Source: Camelus dromedarius
Lineage: Eukaryota
NCBI RefSeq assembly: GCF_036321535.1
Contig: NC_087449.1
Location: 52,142,001 to 52,206,000, forward strand
Length of the DNA stretch: 64,000 nt
Direction of reading: 5' to 3'
In this document: positions 28,691-39,500 of the stretch, piece after piece
How positions within the stretch are numbered: position 1 is the stretch's first letter
Layout: the number at the start of each line of letters is the position of its first letter
Translations under genes and position numbers: made by a program
Notes under the pieces: generated by a model
What the model was told of the DNA's origin: nothing
Databases searched by the model: none
What the model saw: the letters and a program-made list of their open reading frames with translations, nothing else

Positions 28691-29739
28691 GTCTCAGTGT
28701 CCATCTCATGGACCCATCCTGCCTGGCAAACTCAGCCTCCATTTTCCCCAACACCCCCTCGACCTCAGCCTTCCCCACCCCCACAAGCACTGGACTTGGC
28801 ACAAAGGAAGCCCTCAGGGAGGGCTTGATGAATGAATAAATGAGTGAATGAATGAATGAGACTTTCCTCCCTTTCCCTATTATTAGAGGCTCCTCTCCAG
28901 CTCAGACCTCACCCCTCACATCTGGACCAAGGCTACTACCTCCTCACTGGCCTCCCAGCCTCCACACCTGCCCTGCATGTTCTGCCCATGGCCCATGTTA
29001 GCAGATGTTTTCTAGGCACTCCTAGTGGCTCCTCAACAGACCTGAGGGTAGGCATGAAGTCACCTTGCAAGGGGTGCTTCTCCTTGGTGAGGGGAATGGA
29101 TTGGGGCAAAATCTCTGTGGTTCTGGGCATATAAGTGCCAGAGAGAACACAAGTCATATCCTGTCTCCGGGCTTCAGTTTCTCCTTGTTCATTTGTTCAT
29201 TTAACTAACATTTATTGAGCATCTGCTTTGTACCTGCCTCTAATCTGGGGCCAATAATAACAACCGTGAGCGGGGCTGTGTAAGGATGGGAGGTGATATT
29301 CAAACCGCACCCAGCAGGAGCCGTGGGGTGCAGTAGGTGCCCAACAGATGGTAGCGGTGGTCATCCCTGCTGCAGGTGACAAGGATTAAGGAACGATTCC
29401 TAGTGGAAATGGCATTAGCATTGGACCTTCACGGACAGGCGGAGCTTCGTAGGGAGAGGAGGAGGATTACAGGTGGAAGGTACTGAATAAGCTAAGGTTC
29501 AAAGGTGGAAAAATTCATGTGAATCCAGAGGTCTGGAGAGATAGCTGTGGAGCCCTGGTGGCCAGGATCAGAAGTTGGACTCCACTGTGGTTAGACCAGG
29601 CAGGGATATGTCCGTTCTCTCCAGGGCTGAGGGAGAAAATGCCCCCATCTCCTGCTGGTTCTAGCCTGCATGGGGTGTCCCTGGGGAGGCAAATTGGGAG
29701 GAAGTATTGCTTCATGGCCCCCCACCAGCCTGACCCCCA

Positions 29740-29745
29740 TATAAA
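29740..29745 (+). promoter_or_regulatory. TATA box of the FCN3 pseudogene
   Basis: TATAAA 30 nt upstream of the ancestral ATG at 29776. Confidence 0.55.
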
Positions 29746-31354
29746 CTGGCACCCTCCCTAAGGGGCCCCAGCAAGATGGGACCAGTGTGACCCTCACTCT
29801 CCCTTTTGTTCCTCTTGTTGGAGACCCTGCCTGTCTGAGGACCCAGGACCACTCCAGCTGCCCAGGAAGGGGCCTAGGATGCCCTCCCCACTAACCGACC
29901 CTCATTCCCTCCCTGGGTATCCTTCTCTCACCCAGGCTCACTAGCTTCAAGGAGCGGGGTGGGGTTTGATAATCTGAGTTCTGCACAAAAATGTATGCAA
30001 ATAGATGCAAATGGTGAAAACCCTTGTCAGCTCTGGAGGCAAGTGTCCTGCCAGCTAGGATCTGGGAGAGGGAATGAGAAATGCAGCGGGGTCTGTGGGA
30101 GACATGCGTACTCCCCCCATGCCCACCCAGCCCATGTCTCCCTGCAGAACCCAGGGAACTGGAAGGCAGCCAGGTTGTCTTCCTGCTAAGTTACCTGGTG
30201 CCCTAGGAAGTTCTGGGGAATAGAGAGCTCCAGGTCCTCAAGGTGAGAAAAGCCAGCGGGTGGGGCAGGAACTTGGGGTAAACTGGGGAGGGTGGGGATG
30301 CAGCAATCACAGTCTGTGCTGAGAGGCCATGACGAAGGGGCAAGGAACCTACTGTGTGTCAGGCTCCAGGCTGGACACTCAGCATCCTAGGATTGACCCT
30401 GTGAGGTAAGTGGTACCATCCCCATTTTGCTGAGAGAGAAACTGAAGCTCAGAGAGGAGTCATTTGCCCTTATTCACAGAGCCAGTAAAGGGTGCAGCTG
30501 AGATTTGACTTCTGGCTCCAAATCCCTCATTGTTTTTTTGGCTCCAGACATGGGATGGGACTTAAGGCATCTCTGCCTCTGGGATTTCGGGGCAATCAGG
30601 ACCACTGGGCAAGATGGGCCCCAAGGGTGAGCCTGGTGACTGTGTGGGACTGGAGTCTCCTCTCCTTTCTTTGCTCGGTCCCTGAACTAGAGAGAGGGAT
30701 GTCTCTGCTTGGCTGCTGCTCAGGAGTTGGCTATGATTGCAGCGGGGGATGGAAGGCTGGGAGCAGTGGGGAGAATTAGAAGAAGGGCCAGCCGCTCTCC
30801 CCTCTGGTGGGTCATGGGTATTCCCTTGGGGGTACTCAGACCTCAGAGCCAGCATTCATCTTTGCCTGGGGCAGGAGACCCAGGGAAACTGCTCCAGTGC
30901 CACGAGGGTGAGGCTGCCTTTGGAGGAGCCAGGCACTTGGAATCAGATGGTGCTGGGGTGTTGGTGGACCACCAGGCGTGGCCCAGCCTGCCCCAAAACC
31001 CATCCTAAGGGGTCCAGAGGAGTCAAGAGGACTCCTGGGTTCCCACACTTGGCCTACTCCATTACCTGGGGTTTGTGTTGGGGAGTAACTGTAAATTGAG
31101 GGCCCCCCTGAGTCCCTCTCCCCTTCCCCAGGCCCCAGGAGCTGCCAGGATTGAGCAGCTGGTACCATCTACCTACCTACCATGTGCCTACCCAAGGATG
31201 GGACCATCCCTGTCTTTTGTCACATGGACAGCACAGAGGATGGCTGGCTGGTGAGTGCCAGAGAGAAGGGACTTGCAGGTCAGGCCCAGTGGGCATGCCT
31301 TCCCCTTGGCCCCTAGGGGGAGCCAGAGCCTACTGGAGCCAAGGCATTCTTTAA

Positions 31355-31870
31355 CACAATTCACTAACAAATGATTACTGAGCTCCCAGAGGACCTGAAG
31401 AAGTTTGGGAAAGCTTCATAGAAGAGATGCCATTTGAAAGGGCTTTGAAGACTATGTAGAAGTTCTCAAGACATATGAGGTGCAGAAGGGCATTCCAGGC
31501 AGAGGGAAAGACAAATGCAGGGAGGCCGGAGAGTACAAGAAGGCGTGGGGAGACAGTGTGAATGAGCTGAGAGCAGGTGTGAGTGGTGGGCTGAGGTCTA
31601 TCGGTGTGGGCCAAGCACTGAATGGCTGACTGAGGAGCATGGAGGGCAATAGGGAGCCATGGGAGAGTTTTGAGCAAGGGAGGGACCAGGTCAGACTTAT
31701 GTTTTAGAAAGAAGACTCAGGCTGCACCAAGGGAGATGTATTGCAGTGGGGACCAGAATGGAGTTAGGGACACAAGTTAAGAAGGCTGTAGGGATCCGAC
31801 CAGAACAAGCAGGTGGGCAGTGGCAGCAATGGAAGTAGAGGCTCTTAGACTGAAAGATATTTAGGAAAGA
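31355..31870 (-). mobile_element. LINE-2 fragment in FCN3 pseudogene intron 5
   Basis: aattcactaacaaatgattactgagc..., gggagccatgggagagttttgagcaaggg...gacttatgttttagaaag. Confidence 0.7.
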
Positions 31871-32227
31871 AACTCTACAGGGCCTGGGGACTGCTTGGCC
31901 TGAAGAGGAAAGTGGGGTTCAGAGGGAGCATCAGGGTAAGGCCTCTGGAGGTGACCTCTCTGCTCTAATATCTTGGTTTTATCATAAAAAATTAAAGCAT
32001 GTTATTTTGAATGTGACCCCCCCCCCCAAAAAAAACTGACCATCTCCTAAGGGCAGGGATAATATTTCTACCATTTCAGTCCTCCCAGGGCTTTCGAGGC
32101 TGCGGCGTGAAGTTGAATGTCAGTAAGAGTTAATAAGGACATGCAGAGTTCATCAGTATAGTCACAGGCAAGGCTACCTGGACACACACTTTATCAACAA
32201 GCTCTCAATCCAAAGAGGGTGCACATG

Positions 32228-32332
32228 GTGGGTGGATATAGCTCAGTGGTACAGTGCATGCTTAGCATGGACCAGGTCCTAAGTTCAATCCCGAGTACCT
32301 TCATTAAAAATTTTTTTTAATTTAAAAAAAAG
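32228..32332 (+). mobile_element. tRNA-derived SINE, camelid Vic-1-like, short
   Basis: A box tagctcagtgg 32239, B box gttcaatcc 32283, A-rich tail; near-identical flanks aaagagggtgcacatg (32212-32227) and agagaggggcacatg (32333-32347) form a TSD. Confidence 0.85.
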
Positions 32333-33009
32333 AGAGAGGGGCACATGTCCACCCACCCCTCACAGCACACCCACTTCTCAGCTGCCACTGCCCCTGCTTC
32401 TCCTCATCCCATGCTCAGCCTAGAGAAATGGCTGCTATGCTAGCCTTCTCTGCCTCCCTAGATGTTCCAGAGGTGACAGGATGGTTCCATGGATTTCTTC
32501 CACTCTTTGTCCTCCTACAAATCAGGTTTTGGGAGCCAGTATTCTGATTTCTGGCTGGGGAATGAGAGGTTGCACCAGCTTACTCTCCAGAGTAGGTTCT
32601 CGATGTCCAGGGAGCCTGATGGGCATCCCTCTGGCATTCTGACTCCCCACCCAGGACCTGAGGATTCTTCCCTGTCTGCCCAAGTACCTGGGAGCTGTGG
32701 GTGGAGCTGGAGGACTTTAAAGGCAACTGCACTTTTGCTCACTGTGGGGCCTTCCGTCTCCTCAGGGAGGCAGATCACTACCAGCTGGTTCTGGGCAAGT
32801 TCTCAGAGGGCACTGCAGGTGAGTGAGCTAAAGGTGTGGCCCTGAAGTAGAAAAAGAAGGTGAGGGAGGCTGGATCCTTTCCCATTGCTGCCACGGCCTC
32901 CAGGAATGACTCAGGGCACTTCCTTCCCCTCTGTGGGCCTCAGTTTCCTCATCTGCAAAACAGCAATCATCAGACAGGGATGTGAAGGAGTGAAGGAGTG
33001 AAGAAGCTG

Positions 33010-33125
33010 GGCTCTGGAGGCCAACAATCCTGAGTTTAAATCCAGCTCTGTCATTTACTAACTCTGTGACTTTGGGCAAGTCCCTCCAGGGTCAAAGCCT
33101 CAGTTTCCTCCCCTATAAAACCTGT
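33010..33125 (+). mobile_element. MIR SINE
   Basis: ctgagtttaaatccagctctgtcatttactaactctgtgactttgggcaagtc...cctcagtttcctcccctataaaa. Confidence 0.8.
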
Positions 33126-34139
33126 AAGGAGGCAGGGAGGGAGGTTGTGGGAGCCGTTTGAGATTCTGGTGAGTGTTAACGCTATCTGCTTTGGAAGAGG
33201 AACCAGGAAAGACTTTTTTCAGAGAAACACCAACTGTTGAGAGACCTGAAAGAGGGAAGTGGTTATGAGGAGGTGCCCCAGGGGAGCCCCCTTTCCTGCC
33301 TAGCCATCTGAGAAGTCCTTCCCAGCTCTTCCTGGCAGCGTTGATCCAACTGCTGATGAGGGAAGAGACAGAGGAGCAAGAGGGAAGCTGGGGATTCTGG
33401 GAAGGGACGAGGCAGGGGAAAGAGCCAGTGGTTTTGGAGCCACAGTCCTGAGCCAAAGTCCCAGTACCCCTGTGACTAGTGAGTGAGCTTGAGCAAACAT
33501 CCTTGCTCCTTGGCTCTGCTGTTTTCTCCTGGGGCCTGAAAATATCCACCTCACAGCTTCTCTGAGGCTCCTGTGAAATCATCTCTTCAAGGGTGCCAGG
33601 CATGGTGCTGGCACCTTGGTGCCTCTCATCCCCTTCCTGCCAGGGGACTCCCTGAGCTTCCATGGTGGGAGGCCCTTTACCACCTATGATGCCAGCCAGG
33701 ATACAAGTAGGAGCAACCGCGAGGTGACTATCCATGGTGCCTGGTGGTGCGGATCCTGCTATCAGTTCAATCTACTGGATGTCCAAAGCCACCGCCCACA
33801 ACTATGGTATCAACTGGGCCTCAGGCCAAGGAATAGGCCACCCTTACTGCAGGGTTCACATGATGCCTCCCCTAGGGCACCCGGGTAGCCAGCATCCTTA
33901 TCTCTCCTCTACAGCTTCCGTACCCTTGGCTACCCCTCCCCATTGCTAACCACTGCTAGTCTCCTGTCCACATTTTAAAAATAAAATCATTTTAACCCTT
34001 TCCTAGCTTTCAAGCCTCTTTCAGTTACTGGGAGAAACTCAAGAGTGCAGAGCAGGGATACGGGTTTCAGCTTCTTTCAAGGAAGACCTTCCTTCTAGTC
34101 AGGAAGATGGGAGAGTCAGCCTCAAATGGTAGTGAGGCT

Positions 34140-34232
34140 CTAATTACCTCCCCTCACCCACCAAAATAAAATAAATAATACAGTAATAAATAAAATAAAA
34201 AAGAGATATTAAAAAATAAAATTTTTTAAAAA
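34140..34232 (+). mobile_element. 5'-truncated SINE tail with a perfect 12-bp TSD
   Basis: ggtagtgaggct at 34128-34139 and 34233-34244 flanks ctaattacctcccc plus an A-rich tail; same tail motif as the SINE at 48281. Confidence 0.8.
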
Positions 34233-35399
34233 GGTAGTGAGGCTTTCGTCTCTAGAGGTGTGCAAGCTGAGGACACCAGAGAAGCATTTAGCGAAGGACT
34301 TGGAAGGATTAAAGCATCCACTGACAGTACTCTTGGGCCCTATGGGTCCTACCAGTAGATAGTTTTGTGGTGGGAATTGCACAGCTATCTCACTCTCTTT
34401 GTTGCTCCTGCCTGTCCCTTATAAGTTGTCAGTTTTCCAGGCTCTGTTGTAAGTCAAGTTCTCATTCTCTGCTACTTCTTGCCTGTCCCATTAGGGGCTG
34501 ATGGGAACTCACAGTCAAACCAAGGAAGGTACATTTTTCTTCCATTGGGCAACAAGACAGTGAAACGGCAGTTACTGAACGACTATTTATTAAGCAGTTA
34601 GTTAATTTGCCAGAGTCACATTCTAGAAAGTGGCAGAGCAATAAATGGGTAAGAATCTGATCTCTGCAGTCTGACAAGTAGTCCTGGGCTTGCATCCTGC
34701 TCTGTTATGCAGCTGAGTGATCTTGGACAAGTTACTCAATCTCTCTAAGTTCCCAGTTCCTGATTTCAGAGTCCACTGAGGTTTACACCAGGCTGCTGCC
34801 TCACTAATTCACACTAGGTTAGGGATTCTTGGGGACTGGAGCTGGGAAGCTGCTGTACCCAAGAGCTGGAGTTCCTGGGATTCTCCTTCAGGTAGGTAAA
34901 GAAACATCTACATGGGGACTCTTCTCCCGTCCTATGGTCATGTTCTGGGTGGAGGTCAAAGGTCACCAGGGCTCCATAGCCGACTGGATTCTGGGGAAAA
35001 CAGCCTCCTGGCAAAAGGGTGCAGGGTTCAGATGCAGAGTCCCATGCTCCTTGCAGGCCAAGAAGCAGACTTCTTCCATTCCAATTCCTCCCTGCCTGCA
35101 CAACAGGGCCCTGGAGAACAGGCACTCTACACCATGTTCTACACACCCTGACGTCTCTGGAGATTCATTTGTTCAACAGAGAGGGCCTGCAATTCGCACT
35201 TCTGCTTTAGCCCTGGCCTGGGCACACATCCTATAAGCGCCTGCTGTGAGCAATCCATAATGGTTGCCGTGTACAGGGGCACAGGCTGTTCCGGAAGCAG
35301 CCTGCCTCAGAGATTCTGGCGGGAGAGGAGGGAGGGAAGAGGCCGAGTCCCAGGCCGCTAGGGAGCGGTGCTGCCCCAAGGCCGAGGGTGGAGCTTTCC

Positions 35400-36500
35400 C
35401 GGTCGGCCGGGAAAGGGCTGGGCCCGGCCTACATGTGAGGGCAGGAGACAGCAGCGGCCGGCGCTGGTGGGCACAGACGGACGGATTCCCAGGATCCCCC
35501 TATGTGACTCCAAGAGGCGGATCCCTGGATGCCCTAGATTCCCGGGACCTTCAATTTCAGATCCTCAGGACCTTGTAAATCGGAGCCTGGATTTCGTCCT
35601 GGACACCAAATTCCTGGTACGGGACCTTCGGCTGTACTCCGGATCTCCGGAACTTAAGATCCCGTAGGAGATTACCGATCCCGACCCGATTCCCGATCCT
35701 AAGATCCCTGGATCTGTCGCCTCTGGCTCCTGTCCCTCCACGGGTGCCCAAAGCCGGGCGCCCGCGCCAGAGCGCCCCCGCATGGCGGGGCCGTGCCCGC
35801 AGTCCGGAGCCCTGGAGCGCGCCGGCAGCTGTTGGCAGGATCCGCTGGCCGAGGCGCTGAGCCGGGGCCGGCCGCTCGCTGCATCCCCCGGCCGGGGCTG
35901 CGCGCGAAGCCGGCCGCTCAGCGTGGTCTACGTGCTGACCCGGGAGCCCCAGCCCGGGGTGGAGCCCGAGCCGGGAGCCGAAGCAGAGCCGCTGCCCCTG
36001 CGCTGCCTGCGTGAGGCCTGCGCGCAACTACCCGGACCGCGGCCGCGGCCTCAGCTGTGCAGCCTGCCTTTTGGGACCCTAGCGCTGGGAGACACCGCGG
36101 CTCTGGATTCCTTCTACAACGCGGGTGAGCATGTTTGGGGGCGGGGCAGGGGCGGGGCTTAGGGGGCTGGGGGGGGCTGGGGAGGGCCCGAAGGGGGCGT
36201 GTCTCGGCAACTCCTGGGAGACCCCGAGGTGGGTGCCCGGGCTATGGGACCATAAAGTGAGCTAAAGACGAGGGGCTCGAGGCGCGGCTGTGATAAAAGG
36301 GAAGTTTAGGGGATCTGGAGCGCGACCAGGCTTGGGCAGGGATTTAGCGGATCCAGGCCCGGCTCGGGATTCAGGGTTGGAGCTTAAGCTCTCGAGTCGG
36401 CACCGTGCCTAGGGAGCGAGGCTAGGACTGGGGAGAGGCTGGGAACGGGACAGGGTGTGGTATCTCAGGAGTGGAGTTTGAAGAACTCAGTCTCAGGATG
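35400..36500 (+). promoter_or_regulatory. MAP3K6 CpG island (promoter, exon 1)
   Basis: High CpG/GC density spanning the ATG at 35782. Confidence 0.75.
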
Positions 36501-39500
36501 ATATCGCGCGGAGCTCATGAGGGAGGATCCTGGGAGTTGGAACTTGGACTAGGGAATGGCGCCGCACTTGCGGGGCTGTAGTTCAGGGTTCCTAGCACAC
36601 TGCTTCCGAAGATTAGGCTAAAGAGGCAGAAAGAGAAACAGAGGGACCCAACTGCGCTGGATTCTAAGCGAGGGAGCTTAAGTTATGAGGCTCCCATAGT
36701 TCCGAGAGAATGCGTGGAGCTGGGTGGGACCGGAGGCTGAGGCTGATTCGGACGGTCAGGTACTGGGGCCAGAAGGCTGCTATTCCGAGCGGGTCACCCC
36801 GCCCTCCCACCAACCCGGATGCCCCGCCCCCGATATTTATTTTTTTCATCCAGGAGCCCAATAAACGTATTTGCATAAAATCTCAGCCCAAAAAATGAAG
36901 GCTGACTCGACCTTGAGGACACAAACACACACACACAGTCATAGACTCACAAATCGCATATATGTTGACTCACATAGGCTGTCACAGACACTATCACACA
37001 GATACAGACACACACACAGGCACAGCATTGTACACACATGGCATGTGTGTATACACGTGTATACGCACAGCACACTGCTGGTGCCAGCCCCTTTCAAGAG
37101 ACTTGGGTTGAGCATCCAGAGAAGAGGACATCTGCACAACTCCTGCCTCTTGAATAGCTTGGAACAGGCTGTGGGCTGGTGCACAGCCTCTCCTTCTCCA
37201 TGTCCAGTGTCCCCAGGCTCTAAACAGTGGGGTGTGAATGGTAGTCAGGTGAGTTCCCCTCCTCTTCTTGCAATACCACAGATGTAATTTCTGTATAAGA
37301 GCCAGAGGGACTCTAAAAGGGGAAACTGAGGCCCAGAGCAAAACTGGACCCTGATGGAGTCACATGGGAAGGCAGGCTGAGCCAGGATGGGTCCCCAGGC
37401 TCCTTCTCCCCCTGCTGGGCTTCAGGGCTCAGAGCCTCCTGCCGTGTGCCCTCAGATGTGGTGGTGCTGGAGGTGAGCAGCTCCCTGGCACAGCCCTCCC
37501 TCTTCTACCACCTGGGCGTGCGAGAGAGCTTCAGCATGACCAACAACGTGCTCCTCTGCTCCCAGGCAGACCTCCCTGACCTGCAGGCCCTGAGGGTAGG
37601 TGGCCGGGGGCTGGTAGTGGTGGGCCAAGGGCTGGGGCGGCCTTAACCAGAATACCAGTATCTGAATGTCTGTCCCCTGCAGGAGGACATTTTCCAGAAG
37701 AACTCGGTGAGCAGAATCCATCCCTCACTCCAGTGTGTCCTTTGACCTCCATTATGACCTCTGACCTCCACTACATTTCCTGGCCTCGTCTGTCCCCTCT
37801 GCCCTCCCTAATGCCCCCTGACATCCATAAGACCCTTTGTTCCCTATTGCTTCCCTTTATGAAGTGTGCCCCTTCCCTGCTATTCCAGTCCCTACTGTTG
37901 CTGACCACTGACCCCCTCACTGCCCCTTTCTAACCTAGTACTGATCTCTGACCTCTACTGATGCCTGCCTTCCTCCCACCAGGATTGCATTGGCAGCTAC
38001 ACGCTGATCCCCTATGTGGTTACAGCCACCGGTCGGGTGCTGTGTGGTGATGCAGGCCTCCTGAGGGGCCTGGCTGATGGACTAGTACCAGCTGGGGTGG
38101 GCACTGAGGCCCTGCTCACACCCCTGGTGGGCCGGCTTGCCCGCCTGCTGGAGGCCACGCCCACGGACTCTTGGTAATGGGGCCCCATATAAGGTGCACC
38201 AGGAGGAGGCTGGTGAGGGTACAGGGGGCTGGGGCTGAGAAACAGGCCCTTCCATTCTCTCTCTCCCTCCCCTGTTATGTGCATTAGTGGCTATTTCCGG
38301 GAGACCATTCGGCAGGACATCCGGCTGGCTAGGGAGCGGTTCAGCGGACAGCAGCTGCGGCAGGAGCTGGCTCGCCTGCAGCGGAGACTGGACAGTGTGG
38401 AGCTGCTGACCCCCGACATCATCATGAACCTGCTGCTCTCCTACCGTGATGTGCAGGTGTGTGGTGCTCAGAGAGGCTGGCAGTCGGGACAGTGGATTCA
38501 GTGTCAGACAAATGGGATTTCAGCTCCTGGCTGTACCACTGGCTCACTGGTGATTCTGAGCAAATAATCTGACATCTCTGAGCCTCGGTTTCCTTGTTTA
38601 TATTCGGGGATGATCATGTCACTGTCTCCCAGGGTATTTGGGAGATTGGGGCACACAGCATGTTCTCTATGTAAGGTGTGGTTTCTACACTACATACTGG
38701 GCCTGAGGGAAGTGTGCAGAGGATGGTGCGTGGGAAAATGGGGTGTCAGGGGTGGGAAGGGGCCCCAGATCAGGATTTTCCTCAGGGTCTTGGGCCAATC
38801 GGACTCACCAGAGGCCATCAGGCCACTGTGTGCTCTTCCCTCATGCAGGACTACTCGGCCATCATTGAGCTGGTGGAGACACTGCAGGCCTTGCCCACCT
38901 GTGATGTGGCCGAGCAGCACAACGTCTGCTTCCACTACACATTTGCCCTCAACCGGTGGGTGGCAGAGCACGGCGCAGGTCATAGCCACATGCGGACATG
39001 GGTCTCTGCTGTGTGAGGTCATTGCCATCTGGGACCACTGCTGTACAGGGAATTTGCTGACCAGGGTCACATTGATGTCAAATGGTCCCTATCTTTCTGT
39101 TCCTGCTGCCTAGGGTGGGGTGGGGTAGTGGTACTGCCCTTGGAGGGGTCACAGCTTTCCACTGCTCCTCAGAGTCACTGCAGCTAGGAACCACTTCCAT
39201 CTGGGGTCACTACCTCTAGGAAGGTCAGTGCTGACCAGAGTCACTGCTCTTCTGGGTTCATGACTGTCAGACCCTTGGAAGGGTCCCTGCTGTTCAGGGT
39301 CTGGGGGTTCCTGGACAGAGTAGGGCAGGGCCATCAGGCAGGTCCCCAGCCTATCTTCCCCTTCCCCTAGGAGGAACAGGCCTGGGGACCGTGAGAAGGC
39401 ACTGGCCGTGCTACTGCCACTGGTACAGTTTGAGGGCTTGGTGGCACCTGACCTGTACTGCATGTGTGGCCGTGTCTACAAGGACATGTTCTTCAGCTCT

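Larger units (their letters stand above)
29776..33875 (+). pseudogene. FCN3: Ficolin-3 (H-ficolin) unitary pseudogene; eight exon remnants at 29776-29865, 30148-30242, 30591-30635, 30875-30907, 31132-31250, 32462-32591, 32684-32818, 33644-33875
   Basis: Syntenic position between CD164L2 and MAP3K6. Collagen-like GKMGPKGEPGDP and fibrinogen-domain peptides (VFCHMD..GWL, GFGSQYSDFWLGNERLHQLT, ELWVELEDF, GDSLSFHGGRPFTTYD, HGAWW..SCY, YGINWASG). Stops at 29788, 30221, 31152 and 32474, plus frameshifts and dead splice sites. Confidence 0.95.

Noticed and set aside
32228-32332. tRNA gene (also 48281-48423)
   Set aside because: A and B boxes are present, but the sequences run into A-rich tails with TSDs and I could not fold a cloverleaf; these are tRNA-derived SINEs
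33100-33735. 211-aa antisense ORF in the FCN3 pseudogene
   Set aside because: No homology or coding-like composition; overlaps MIR and intron sequence
32489-33949. ORF-track fibrinogen-like ORFs as a functional short ficolin
   Set aside because: Preceded by an in-frame TGA at 32474, a dead exon 7 acceptor and a frameshift in exon 8; no intact signal peptide
36138-36200. G-quadruplex-prone G runs (also 5392-5405 and about 17960-17992)
   Set aside because: Ubiquitous in GC-rich mammalian introns and promoters; nothing distinctive
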